Below, piece by piece: positions 30,891 through 44,391 of a stretch of DNA of 64,000 nt. The stretch's first letter is position 1. Each line of letters begins with the position of its first letter. A program made the translations under genes and the position numbers. The stretch spans positions 76,260,001-76,324,000 of the forward strand of contig OX597818.1 in assembly GCA_951406725.2 (NCBI GenBank), written 5' to 3'. A model generated the notes under the pieces. The model made no database searches and was not told the origin of the DNA. It saw only the letters and a program-made list of their open reading frames with translations. The DNA comes from Octopus vulgaris (Eukaryota).

Positions 30891-31152
30891 AAGTACAGAA
30901 CAAATATCGTAAGGCAATTCGTCCAACGCTCTAACGACTTCACCAAGAGAAAAGCATGAACACCACTGAATCTATATTACCTTTCCAATATAGTAAATAC
31001 TAATGAATTCTAGAATTGTAAGAAACGTCTAAAAATGCTTAGAAATGGCTGGAAATTTCTGGAAATGTCTGGAAGGAAAACAAATATGATAACATTAAAT
31101 GTCAGGGATAACAGATAGGTTGAACAACAGGGTTTGTTGATAAAACCGTAAC

Positions 31153-31197
<45 letters not shown>

Positions 31198-31576
31198 GGT
31201 AACAGTTGGAGTAATAGTAGTAGTACAAAATAAATAATTGATAGTCTGATAAGGAAATTTATCATAATGCTGCTGCTTAGAGGAAACACACATACACATA
31301 CACATACAAAGACACACACACATGCATGCGCACACATCCATACATATATTTGAATACACACATATACACACACGGAACTAGTGGTGTCTAAAGATAAAAG
31401 GTCGACATTATTACACAAGCGCGTACACACAGACGTACACAACACGCGCGCATGCGCACTCGTACTAATAATTGAGTGTCTCGGTTTCTTTCTTTCTCTC
31501 TTTCTGGGTCTCTCTATCTCTCTCCCTTTCTTTACCTTCCCCCTCCCTCTCAGCATATTATATATATATATATGTG

Positions 31577-31623
<47 letters not shown>

Positions 31624-31648
31624 ATATATATACAAACACATACATATG

Positions 31649-31696
<48 letters not shown>

Positions 31697-31701
<5 letters not shown>

Positions 31702-32060
31702 CTGTGTGGTAAGTATCTTGTTTACCAACCAAATGGTTTTCCGGGTTCAGTCCCACTGCGTGGCACCTTGGGCAAGTGTCTTCTACTATAGCCTCGGGCC
31801 GACCAAAGCCTTGTGAGTGGATTTGGTAGACGGAAACTGAAAGAAGCCTGTCGTATATATGTGTATATATATATGCGTGTGTGTGTGTTTGTCCCCCTAG
31901 CATAGCTTGACAACCGATGCTGGTGTGTTTATGTCCCCGTTACTTAGCGGTTCGGCAAAAGAGACCGATAGAATAAGTACTGGGGTCGAGTTGCTCGTTT
32001 AAAGGCGGTGCTCCAGCATGGCCGCAGTCAAATGACTGAAACAAGTAAAAGAGAAAGAGA
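31697..32060 (+). mobile_element. Family-A SINE (well preserved)
   Basis: Close match to the other family-A copies over the full length. Confidence 0.9.
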
Positions 32061-32109
32061 GAGAGTATATATCTGTATGAGTATATACATATACATATAT
32101 ACACAGTAC

Positions 32110-32696
<587 letters not shown>

Positions 32697-32702
32697 TATA
32701 TA

Positions 32703-33362
32703 TATACGGCAATGAGAAAATGGAGGGGATCAAGAGGTGGTATTCATCAACTTTTAGATATTATATTATGTCTATTTATTTATTTAAAAAAACCAAAAAA
32801 CTATAACAATTTACATATATGTATAACATATAGAGATAGATGCACCCTTTTAAAGCCTAGCCAGGCTCATGGGCCCGGGGCTTCCCAGTTTCAATGGTGT
32901 ATGTGTTCCCCAGCTGGATGGGACGCCAGTCCATCGCAGCGTTATTCATTTTTGCCAGCTGAGTGCACTGGAGCAATGTGAAATGAAGTATTTTGCTCAA
33001 GATCACAACGCGGTGCCATGTCCAGGAATTGAAATCACAATCTTACGATCATGATGCTGACACCCTAACCACTAAGCCACGCACTTCCACACAACATATT
33101 ATGCTTTACTTATATAATATATAAAATATAAAAATACCAGTAATTATTAAAACTTATAACGTATATACGTTATATATTTTAATAATTACTGATATTTTTA
33201 TATTTTATATACTATATATGTAAAGCATAATATGTTATACATGTATGTATATTGTTGTAATTGTTTTTTTTAAAATAAATAAATAAATAAATAGACATAA
33301 TATAATGTTTAAAGTTGATGAATACCACCTCTTGATCCCCTCTATTTTCTTATTGCCGTATA
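32703..33362. mobile_element. Fully palindromic fold-back MITE (~400 bp net) interrupted by a SINE
   Basis: TATACGGCAAT.AGAAAAT.GAGGGGATCAAGAGGTGGTATTCATCAACTTT... is mirrored at 33235-33362. The symmetry centre is TAACGTATATACGTTA at ~33157-33172, and the flanks are TA. Confidence 0.85.
32831..33091 (-). mobile_element. tRNA-derived SINE, family D
   Basis: Minus-strand head GTGGCTTAGTGGTTAGGGTG...GATTTCAATTCC, flanked by the direct repeat AACATA (probable TSD). A related partial copy lies at ~36232-36365 (+). Confidence 0.8.
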
Positions 33363-33959
33363 AATTAAGGGTAAAATAACTTTTTACCCTCACCCATTTT
33401 GTTACAGTTGTGTAATTGCCATGCAATGAAAACACACTTGTGTAATAATGATTGTGTACTCTACCAGCAGTATATTGGATAGATATTATCCCTTAGTTGG
33501 TTGAATTCACAACCTCTAACTCTCTTGGAACTATATATATATATACACACACACATACATATATATATATTCATGTGTGTGTGAAAATATATTTATGTGT
33601 GTGTAAGCGTAATACATACGGACATAAACTAGACAAAGCATGTGCCCCCATATCATACATAGCGCAGGGATATATATATTTGCGCAATCATTCTCAGGCG
33701 AAAATCTATATAGATACGTGAACGCAAAACCATACGCACATCCACGTGCAAGCCACTAAATAAGAGCTTCAATGGAAGCATAGTTCTCTCTCCCTCTCCC
33801 TCTCCCCTCCCCCCTCTCCCTTTCTCTCTTCCTCTTTCATTATTTCTTTCTCTGTACCTTTTCCGCTCACCTTTCTCCCATTCTGTGTGAGAGTATGAGT
33901 ACGTGTGTGTATTTGATTGTGCGTGTTTGCGTATTCGCACACATGCATACATACACACT

Positions 33960-35784
33960 CCCAACCATCTCAAGCAGGTGACGAAAAAGGCAGTACTTGA
34001 ATTCAAACAGCGCATAGCAACCAACCCTGACAGCAAAGTGTTCTGGAAGTATGTACATTCAAAACAGAGACCTCACTCTCCAGTTGGCCCCCTTCGCAAT
34101 CCCACACAGGCCAGATTACTGACAATCCCAAAGATTGTGTAGAAATCATTGCTGGATTCTATGCAGGCATCTTTACTGTCGAAGATCAAAATGTTCCATC
34201 TACATCACCTCTGACATTGGACTCTATAACTACTATGAAATTTACACCAGCAATGCTACAACGCCACCTTAAGAATAAACGTAACTATGCCTCTCCTGGT
34301 CTCGATGGTGTTTCATACCTACCTCTCAAACGCGGTGGGTACTTTCTTCTAAACCAGCTTTCACTATTCTTTCAATTCTGTCTTGACAATGGTGTTACTC
34401 CAGAGCAGTGGAAAACTGACAGTGCTATCCCTCTGTCCAAAAAAGCTGATCGCACATCGCCTGTCAACTATCGCCCCGTCAGTCTTACTAGCTGTTTCGT
34501 TAAACTGATGGAATCCTGTGTCAGAGAAACCCTCTGGAACTTCTGGAAGTTTCACAGCCTCATCCAGCCGTCACAATTTGGTTTTATTCCTAATTCCAGC
34601 TGCTGTAATCAACTCATCGAGTTTCTTGAGGACATTACCCGAATCACTGATGGCGGCTCCTGGGTGGATGCTGTTTACCTGGACTTTGCTAAGGTTTTTA
34701 ATTCTGTGCTACACAAAAGACTTCTGGTGAAACTCCCTGCAATAGGTGTAAGAGATGATCTCTATAACTGGTTGAAGTCCTTCATTATCGGCCAAAGAGA
34801 AGTTGTCACAGTTCTAGGACAGCACTCTTCACCCTATGAGATGACATCTGGTGTACCACAGGGATCTGTTCTTGGCCCCCTTTTATTTGTTGCATATGTT
34901 AATGATATAGATGCCAACTTAAAGAATGCCACAGTGCTAAAATATGCAGATGACATCAAGCTGTACCGCGAAATAAAGAGGACAGATCCTGTACACTATA
35001 GATCTTTATTGCAATCAGACCTGGACTCAATACAGCAGTGGATTATGGACTGGCAACTCAAGCTGGCTGTGGACAAATGTACCACCATGCATTTTGGAAG
35101 GGAAAACCCAGCGTCTACTTACTCCCTCCACAACACTAATCTTTAAAAGTCCTTGTGAACGTGATCTGGGCAGTATTGTCGACAGCAATTTGCGTTGGGC
35201 AAAACATATTATAAATACATATATATATTATATATATATACACATATATGTATATATATATATATACATATGTGTGTGTGTGTGTGGGGGGGGGTGTTTG
35301 TAAACATGGCCACAGGTGTTAAACAGGTGGAGTTTGAAAAGGTGCTCAGAGTTATTGTTAGTAAGATGGTTAATAATTTTATGGGATACATTGAAACTCC
35401 AACGTCTGGCAACTGACTTGGCAGACACCCATAAAATTATTAACCATCTTACTAACAATAACTCTGATCACCTTTTCAAAGTCAGAAAACAGTACAGCTC
35501 CCATGACTTTCGGAAATATTTTTTCACGCTAAGAGTTGCTGAAGCATGGAACAAATTGCCGGCATCAGTTGTTAGTTGTCGGAGCACTGCATCCTTCAAA
35601 ACTTCCAAGCTTCCTGAGATTCGTCAACACTACACCTGATTTTCTCCCCTCCATACACACGCAAGCATGTATCTGACTCATACACTGTTCACTTCCCACA
35701 CATTTGTACATTACTACATATGCTTAATACGCACTTTTGACAAGTTGTGGTGCACCTGAGCACTGTATACAATAATTTCATTAT

Positions 35785-35785
<1 letters not shown>
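33960..35785 (+). mobile_element. 5'-truncated CR1-clade LINE (reverse transcriptase region and 3' end)
   Basis: ORF 34217-35146 has SPGLDG, NYRPVSLTS, QFGF, DAVYLDFAK, GVPQGSVLGPLLF and YADD. The C-terminal FF..RV..AWN.LP..VV motif lies at ~35515-35575. It is disrupted by a microsatellite and a small inversion. Confidence 0.92.
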
Positions 35786-35821
<36 letters not shown>

Positions 35822-35882
35822 ATATATATACATATGTATGTAGATTCACAGACGAACAACACCCACCCATACATACACACAC

Positions 35883-35922
<40 letters not shown>

Positions 35923-36630
35923 GTGTATATATATAATATATATATGTATTTATAATATATATATAAATATATATATGTGTGTGTGTGTGTGTGAACATTG
36001 AATTATATGGAACGAATGGGAGAAGAGTGCTCAATACGTGTCATAGAGTATATAACTTATTGAAACTGAATTTTTACCACGCGAATCGAGTTTCTCGCTT
36101 AAATATTGCAGTGGCATCTCTTGAAACTAGAGATAAGCATTCACTTTCAATAAGCTACATGCAGTGTGTGTGTGTGTGAGAGAGAGAGAGAGGGAAAGAG
36201 GAAGAAAAAGAGAGAGTGTGTTTGTGTGTGTGTAGGTGCATAGCTTAGAGGTTATGTTATAGGGTTCACTGTCATATATCGAACGTTCAATTCCTAAACC
36301 GAGCGTCGGCGTGTTTTGTCCTTGAGCAAGGTACTTCATTTCACGTTGCTCCAATCTACTCAGCTATAAAGGCATACCACCCAGCTGTTGGTGCATCTCT
36401 ATTTCTGTCTCTGTCTCTCTCTTTCTCCCCATCTCTCTCTCACTTCTCTCTCCCTCTCACACCCACATCTGTCACGTTCTGGTCATTCCACTGGGTCATA
36501 GTTGGAAGAGCTTAGTTGGGGGGGGGGGGGGTCTATGTCCTCTCACATCTACACAGGCACCTAAAACAATTAGTGAAAGCATGTTTTATGTCATACTGTA
36601 TGGCCATACTCTAGTATGTCATATTTGTTC

Positions 36631-36677
<47 letters not shown>

Positions 36678-36859
36678 TATATGCATTCATATCCCCTACA
36701 CACAAACACACATACAAAAACACACATACACACACACATAATTTATATGTATACAAACAGTTATAAGTGTGTATAGCTATATTTGTGTATAACAGTCTAA
36801 TACATACTGCAAAAGCAATAACCTGTTGCATTCAGCGAGTTTTGTGATATGTTTTTGTC

Positions 36860-38110
36860 ATATTTTTGCCTATTTATTCATTCAATTCTATAGATGTTCC
36901 TTACAGATCTTTGATAAGCTAAACAATAGTACAACCATTATTTGAAACCTCTGATATGTGGCATTTGGTGAATGGGGGGGGTGCCGCTGGTCTCATCTGT
37001 GTTTCCTGCCGTGAGGTAGGCTCATTTGGAACCCTTGACAGGAGGAGATCCAGTTTTGTGTTGAAGACACCTACAGCCACACCATGCAGGTCTCCCGGGC
37101 ATTTTGGAAAGATATTGAAGACCTGTGGGCCCTTGAAACCCAAGCTGTTGTAGTATCTGGTCCTGTATAATGATGGGGATGTTGGGATCTTTGGCACTAT
37201 GCAGTGGTGCCCCGTTCTGCTGTTTGTGTAACTTTCAATGCCAAAGGTTGGTACAAGGTCTTCCAGGATTTTCCAGATGTATATCACTGCATATCTTTCC
37301 CGCCTTCGTTCCAAGGAGAATAGTTTTAATTCTTTCAGTCTTTCCCAGTAGCTGATACGTTGTATTGAGACGATTTTCTTAGTGTAGCTTTGTTGGATTG
37401 CTTTGAGTTACGCCATTAATTTTATATTGTGTGGTGACCATAGTTGGGAGCAGTAGTCCAAGCGGCTGAGGACTTATGCCCTCCAAAGGACCATCATTGT
37501 CTCCTTTTCTCTCGTTTTGAAAGTTCGAAGGATCCATCTAGCTAGCGTCTACATTTTATGACCAAATTGGTAATATGCACTTGGAAAGACGCATCATTGC
37601 TCATGTCAATGCTCAGGTCATGCACTGATTTTAATTCAGAGATTGCAATTCCTCCAGGGCCAGTGTATCCTGTCGGCATGATGTTCAGCTTTGTGTGCTG
37701 TTGGCGCAGGGCTTAGAATTTTCCTGTATTAAACTACATGTTGTCCTCAGCCCACCTGTATATTGCGTCCAACTCCCGTTGCAGATGTGCAATATTTCCA
37801 GGATTTTGTACTGTCTGAAAGACTTTTGTGTCATCTGCATAGCTAGCAAGGGTGGCTATCTGAGCAACTGAGAGCATGTCTGAGAGGGCCACTATGAATG
37901 GCAGTGGACCTAAGACAGTGCCCTGTGTAACACCACTTGCTATTTGTGTTTTCATGGTGGTGGCTCCGTTCGCCATCACTGCCTGCCTGTCTTTTAGAAA
38001 GTCGTGCAGCCACTCTCCAAGTTTTCCGACTATGCCGAGATCACCCAGATTGTGACATATCTCACCATGTTCGACTTTATCAAAGATTTTTGCAAAGTCG
38101 AGATATATAG
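36860..38110 (-). mobile_element. Decayed CR1/L2-group LINE fragment (RT and C-terminus)
   Basis: IYLDFAKIFDKVEH, SGVTQGTVLGPL.F, YADDTK, LERRRERYAVIYIWKI and KLD..L..VP.EP. Confidence 0.9.
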
Positions 38111-38219
38111 CTGTTTTAACACCCATATATACACATCCATACGTACATACATACATACATACATACATACATACATACGTACGTACGTACGTACGTACGT
38201 ACATACATACATACATACA

Positions 38220-38250
<31 letters not shown>

Positions 38251-38510
38251 TACAAACAAATTAACAGGGTGTAATTTAACTATCATACGCGAGTATATGC
38301 GTTTATGTATGTGCATGATCTGTGTAGATGTGTGTTTCAGTAAGCCCGAGTGTCCGTGTTTCTAGTTAAGATCTAAGCTGTCGTGTATTTTATGTCTGTT
38401 GTATCTCGACAAATACAGATAGAAAATCCAAAAGTGCTGATTAACAAAATTCTTGAAAGCGGAGCCATAGCATGGCCGCTATTCAGTTCCTGAACTCCCC
38501 TCAGTGCAAA

Positions 38511-38629
<119 letters not shown>

Positions 38630-39574
38630 TTTGCACTGCATGACGTTCGTTTAATTGGTTGCATTGATAGGGAGAGGGTGGAAGAGGGAGACAGCAGGAT
38701 GTTGATGTATATACTGATTGAAAAGCACAAATAAGTATGTCATGCACTTGTATACACACACACTATTTAATCCATAATCGTTAATCTTCAAAATATATTC
38801 CGTTTTACTCATTGCTCATCGGGAACTACATGATCCCGACGAGCCATACGTGAAACAGACTATATTTTGTTGAGCTAACGGTTATTGCTTAAATATTTTA
38901 TATATTCTCAGACTTGTCATGCAGTTCTTTATTCTAAGTGGCCGGACATAACTTCTTTTTGAACTTGTCGCCGCCCGGAATATGATAATATATCACATAA
39001 CAACCTCTCGTAATACTACGTCGATGCCTCTTTCATTTCAGTGTCATTAAGATAGTATTTCGTTATTATCCCGTACTCCTGCTTCTCCTTTTGTTAAGTA
39101 CATTTGATGTCTAACTTCTCTTCTAACTACTTGGTATAATCCACTGGTGTCTTCTTTCTTCCATTCTTTTCATGCTAATCACTTTACCCATAGTCTCTAT
39201 CTATACTACTATTCCATTACTATGACACTTTCCGTCTGATCGGAACTGTGTCCTGGCCACAGATGTGATCTGTACTTTATATCAATTTGTTCCATAGGAA
39301 CTCTTAATTGTCTTCTATGTCTCTATCTCCACCTTCTTTTCAGTTTTTCAGCAAATACTTCTCTGAATTTCTTCCAACTATTTTTCAGGTTTCTCTATCT
39401 CCTGCCTCTTACTCTAAAAACACGATTCACTAACACGCCCTGGGTGGTACATTCTTCATCGTGGAAAGACTTAGCGTTCACGATTATCTGGCTATCCTAT
39501 TTCCGAGATAAAACGAAGTATATTTGGCCAGTGTGTTCATTTGATTGGCATATGACTAAGTAGCTAAGTTAGTA

Positions 39575-40010
39575 CAGGGTGTGACAGTAAAAGCACCCAT
39601 ATTTTTCATGGTTATTGATGTGATGCCAGTAAAGTTAAGCATGTGATAATGGTGTTTACAATTAGCTAATGTTTTACGTTTTTTCTTTAAAACCATTATA
39701 GTTTGAACGATGCACAGTGTGAATTTGCTACTAAAAAAAGTTAATCAAGAATGGTGAATCTGAGTGTCTTTTGCGGCACTCTGTAGAAGAAAAAGTGTAG
39801 CAAATTATCAGGTCATTTATTGTCACAGAACCCTTTGAGCCTTGATCAGCCTTCGTCTCGCGAACTAAAGCCATAACCTCTATGCGAAACATTGATTCTA
39901 TCATTTCCAACATATCCGATGAAGCCCTCAGCAATAGTGATGAGGTGATTGTCATTCGTCAATGAAGCTCTCGTAGAATCGGCCCTTCTCTTCGTCAGCC
40001 CGTCCAAACT
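39575..40010 (+). mobile_element. Possible 5' relic of a Tc1/mariner element
   Basis: TA-CAGGGTG terminus, followed by a decayed N-terminal segment with KNGES resembling HTH-bearing mariner-like transposases. Confidence 0.4.
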
Positions 40011-40135
40011 GGCATGTGTGTGTGTGTGTGTATGTGTGTGTGTGTTTATGTGTGTATGTGTGTGCGCACACGTGTTTTCTTATCTGGACCTTTTTTTACC
40101 ATCTTCCTCACATACTTTTCTCCTCTTTCGCCCTG

Positions 40136-40171
<36 letters not shown>

Positions 40172-41170
40172 CACTACTATCACCCCCCAACCACCACCAC
40201 AGTTGCCATTTTCTCTTTTCACTCGCTAGTTCTCTCTACGTCTTCACTTTTATACTCCTCTTTCCGTATTTTCTTCTATGTCCTTTTCACACCTTATCAC
40301 CTCCCCCAATCGTTTCCCCACTTTTCTTTACCTATCTCTCCCTCTCCCTCCCATCCCTCTCTGTCTCTCTCTAACTACTCTGTCTACATCTACTGTCTAC
40401 TACTCACTCCTCTCTCTTCTTCCTACACATTCTCTCTGCTTTTCTCTTCCCAACTCCTCTCTCTATATCCCTCTGTCCATATCTACTAACTGTCACTCCC
40501 ACTCCAAACTACTTCATCATTCTCCTGTCTTCTTCCCCTCCTGTCTCCCCCTCTCTTTCTACCCTCTCTCTTCCTCTGTCTCTCCTTCACATATTTTCAC
40601 TCCCACTCTCTCAACGCAACGAACAATCTCTAGTAATTTTTCTTTCTCCCTTCCTATATTTCTCCCCACCTTATTGTTCATATTTGCATCTCCTCCTCCT
40701 CCTCCTTCTCCTCCTTCTCCTCCGCCGCCGCCTCCTCCACCACCACCACCCGGTTCTTCCTTTTCTCTAACCCTCCTACTATCTCATATCTCTACCTCTG
40801 TCTCATTATTTCTTCAATCGATACAAATATCCAATTCTTAGATGTTTTTATTGCCTGCTTATCAATAAATTTATCTCTGATACATTTCATTCCCAGATAA
40901 AACACGGAATTCAATTCCGGATTACGTTTTATTCAAACTAAGTAAGCAGAAGCAAACAGTGGAGCTCAAACGTTCCTTGTCGTAAAGATAAATAGATTTT
41001 CGTTTAAAGTTTTTGAAAATGATACTAGATGTTGGCCGGTCTTCAATTTATAAACAGCCAAACATATTTGAAACACTTGAATAACCTCAAACTTTCTGTC
41101 TCTCGACCTAGATATCGTTGTCTCTAGTCAGTTAGTTTGGAAGATACATTTTAATGAAGATATAATACAG

Positions 41171-41425
41171 CGGCGCAAGCTTGGCTGTATGGTTAAGACG
41201 TGGTTTCAGGTTCAGTCCCATTGCGGAACACCATGGGCAAATGTCTTCTACTGTATCTCGGAATCGACCAATGCTTCTGAACTGATTTAATAGATGGAAA
41301 TTGAGAGAAGTCTGTCGTGTATATGTATGTATATCTTTTACTTGTTTCAATTATTAGATTGCAGCCAAGCTGGGGCACTGCGTTGAAGAATTTTTTCTTA
41401 GTCGAATGCATCGACTCCCGTACTT
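41171..41425. mobile_element. Family-A SINE fragments (5' half on +, 3' tail on -)
   Basis: GGTTCAGTCCCATTGCGGAACACCATGGGCAAATGTCTTCTAC on +, then CTTTTACTTGTTTCA...GGGGCACTGC (tail, opposite strand). Confidence 0.65.
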
Positions 41426-41458
41426 TGGTCGTTGGAGAGAAGACGCAAAACATAAGCA

Positions 41459-41527
<69 letters not shown>

Positions 41528-41550
41528 GTATATGTACATATATGTATATA

Positions 41551-42095
41551 CGAGGGTGAGTCAAAATGTAATGCCATTTTGTTTAGGACAGGTATAATTT
41601 CCAACACAGGAACATGTATCATACATCAAAATGAAGCTGGTCCTCTGTGGATCACATCCCTACTTCTCAGCATAGTCACCGTTTCTCTCAATAGCAATGT
41701 TCCACCTTCGAATGAGATTATGTATCCCTGACCCGTAAAATTCTTTGAGCCACTTCTTCACTACAGTTTTCACTTCCTCGTCACTGGAATAATGTTTGCC
41801 TCTCAAACCCTCTTTCGTGGCGCCGAAGAGATGATAGTCTGAAGGCGATGATAGTCTGGTGAGAGTAGAGGTAGTGAAGAAGTGGCTCAAAGAACAGACA
41901 GCAGAATTTTACGGGACAGAGACACATGCTCTCATTCGAAGGTGAAACTTGCTATTGAGAGAAACGGTGACTATGTTGAGAAGTAGGGATGGGATCCACA
42001 GAGGACCAGCTTCATTTTGATGTATGATACATATTCCTGTGCTGGTAATTATACCTGTCCTAAACAAAATGGCATTACTTTTTGACTCACCCTCG
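41551..42095. mobile_element. Mariner-derived fold-back MITE made of two head-to-head 3' ends
   Basis: TA|CGAGGGTGAGTCAAAA ... TTTTGACTCACCCTCG|TA, with about 200 bp inverted arms. The left arm (minus) encodes a mariner C-terminus: SPSDYHLFG..KE.LRG..Y...EEVK..V..WL...FY..GI..L..RW...I...GDY.EK. Confidence 0.92.
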
Positions 42096-42130
42096 TATAT
42101 GTATGTATATGTATATATATACACACACAT

Positions 42131-42198
<68 letters not shown>

Positions 42199-42209
42199 GT
42201 GTATATATA

Positions 42210-42245
<36 letters not shown>

Positions 42246-42264
42246 TGTATGTATGTATATATAT

Positions 42265-42420
42265 AGTTTAAATTTATAGAAAAACAAAATTCGAAACAGG
42301 TGTAGGAAAAATGGAAAACATATTATGCGTTTCGATCCTACACTCTTCAACGGGAAGGAATAAGAGGAAATAAATATGTAGCGGACACTCGAGTGAAATC
42401 CCCCTCTCTCCTCTATTATA
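42265..42420 (-). mobile_element. Short relic with a degenerate hammerhead-like motif abutting (TA)n
   Basis: Minus strand: TTCCTCTTATTCCTTCCCGTTGAAGAGTGTAGGATCGAAACGCA...TTTTGTTTTCTATAAATTTAAACTATATA, the same layout as 4380-4530. Confidence 0.45.
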
Positions 42421-42829
42421 TATACGTGCATTCGAAAGTAGCAGGTAACAGCTAGTCGTTGGCCACTATTTGGTACCGTTGTCTCAATTACTCTGATTGG
42501 TTGGTATTGGCGCAATTTGTCTCTTATTCTGTCACGCCAATTTGCAGCGTACAACCAACCGGAGCCTCTAAATAAAATCACGTGAGACAGCCTGTTCTCC
42601 ACCCAGTTTTGAGCCTACAGTTCCTTATAAAAACTCAGCTTCTCCTCGTCTTGAGGTCTTTGGTTTTAAGGTCTAGTCACTGACAACACAAGACACAACC
42701 AGTTCCAGCGACAAAACAATAGCAGCTACGTTGAGACTTACCAACTTTGTCCAACAGCATTACGGCAATCTCCTTCTTCGTCGCCACCATCATCTTCTTA
42801 ACGTCGTCAACATCATCTGTCTGTCTGTC

Positions 42830-42905
<76 letters not shown>

Positions 42906-42907
<2 letters not shown>

Positions 42908-42992
42908 CGCAGGCGTGGCTGTGTAGTAAGAAGCTTGCTTCCCTACCACATGGTTCCGGGTTCATCCCCACTGCACGGCACCTTGGGCAAGT
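42906..42992 (+). mobile_element. Family-A SINE head fragment
   Basis: GGCGCAGGCGTGGCTGTGTAGTAAGAAGCTTGCTTCCC...GGCACCTTGGGCAAGT. Confidence 0.85.
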
Positions 42993-43233
42993 ATACATGC
43001 GCGCGCACACACACGCGTATATATGTGTGTGTGTGAATATTTATATCTATGTGTACATACATACACAGCACTCATATGTGTATATATATATACATAGATA
43101 TATGCACATATGTATGTGTATGTATATTTAATATGTATATATCAAGTTGAAACTGATGAGTATTAAATCCTCAGGGTATATACTTACATACATACATATA
43201 TATATATATACAAATACATACATATATACATAC

Positions 43234-43299
<66 letters not shown>

Positions 43300-43482
43300 A
43301 CATACATATATATGTATACATACATATATATGTATACATACATATGTATACATACATATACATATACATATATATACATATATATATATTTTAATCTACG
43401 AATAAATGTCTAACATTAATATGTCTTCTGTTATTTCCTTTAGTTTTTCCTTTCATCTGCATGTTATCTCTGCAGAATTTTA

Positions 43483-43561
<79 letters not shown>

Positions 43562-44092
43562 ATACACACACATGACACACACACTCATACGCCACACTCA
43601 CACACATACATACTTATATACTTGTTTGAATACACATATACATGCTTATATATATATATGTACACACACACACACACACACATACACACACACACACACA
43701 CAGATTGCAGTGATTGAAATGGAAAGGTACACAGTGGCTAAAGCGTATAGGTGTGGGGTGGGGAGAGAAAGCATAAAGGGTGATAAAATAAATAATTTCT
43801 ATGAACCTCTTTCATTTGTTCCAGATACTTTAAACGTTTGCTTCATTTCTGATGTTTTTTATGCCTAAGGATGGACATTGATGTATGTGAGTATTTTGTT
43901 TTTCTTTTCAAACGTAATTCTAGAGAACTGCAAAGACAAATTTACTGTTATTTTGGCGTACTTATTTTGCCCAACCTAAATTTGTCTTTTGTGCGCTCAA
44001 AGAGAACGGAGATAATTTTCTGAAATAGTGTTCTGAACATCATTTACTTTATTTATATTGGACGGGTGTGTTGTTCATCTTGTTTGTTGTTA

Positions 44093-44137
44093 CCACAATG
44101 TTTCGGCTGATTTACTCTCCAGCCTTCATCAGGTGTC
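44093..44137 (-). ncRNA. Hammerhead ribozyme motif in the PLE 3' terminal repeat
   Basis: GACAC-CTGATGA-A-GGCTG(GAGAGTAAAT)CAGCC-GAAA-CA-TT-GTG: canonical core, 5-bp stem II and stem I CAC/GTG. PLE pLTRs are known to carry minimal hammerheads. Confidence 0.75.
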
Positions 44138-44321
44138 TGAGCAGAATTTTGAGCCCAACCCTGGGTTCTAATTCCTAAGGTATTTTTTTTGCTGATGTTG
44201 TAGTTATTATTACTATTATTATTATTATTATTAATATCATTATTATTGTTAATATCATTATTATTATCATCATCATTATCATCATTATTATTATTAATAT
44301 CATCATTATTATTTATTCAAA

Positions 44322-44391
44322 GCACTACTTGTAATTGAACTTGGAATCTTGGGGCTAGTAGCCCGCGCTCTTAACCATTACGCTATATGCC
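44322..44391 (-). other. tRNA-like module (Pol III A/B boxes) in the PLE 3' region
   Basis: GGCATATAGCGTAATGGTTAAGAGCGCGGGCTACTAGCCCCAAGATTCCAAGTTCAATTAC: A box TAGCGTAATGG, anticodon-like arm GGG-CTACTAG-CCC and a degenerate B box. It is not a proper cloverleaf. Confidence 0.65.

Noticed and set aside
40100-40840. Pro/Ser/Leu-rich 187-aa ORF
   Set aside because: CT-rich low-complexity tract; the composition explains the ORF.
42772-42790. PBS-like TGGCGACGAAG on the minus strand
   Set aside because: It lies in low-complexity CGT/CAT repeat, with no adjacent LTR end or gag sequence.
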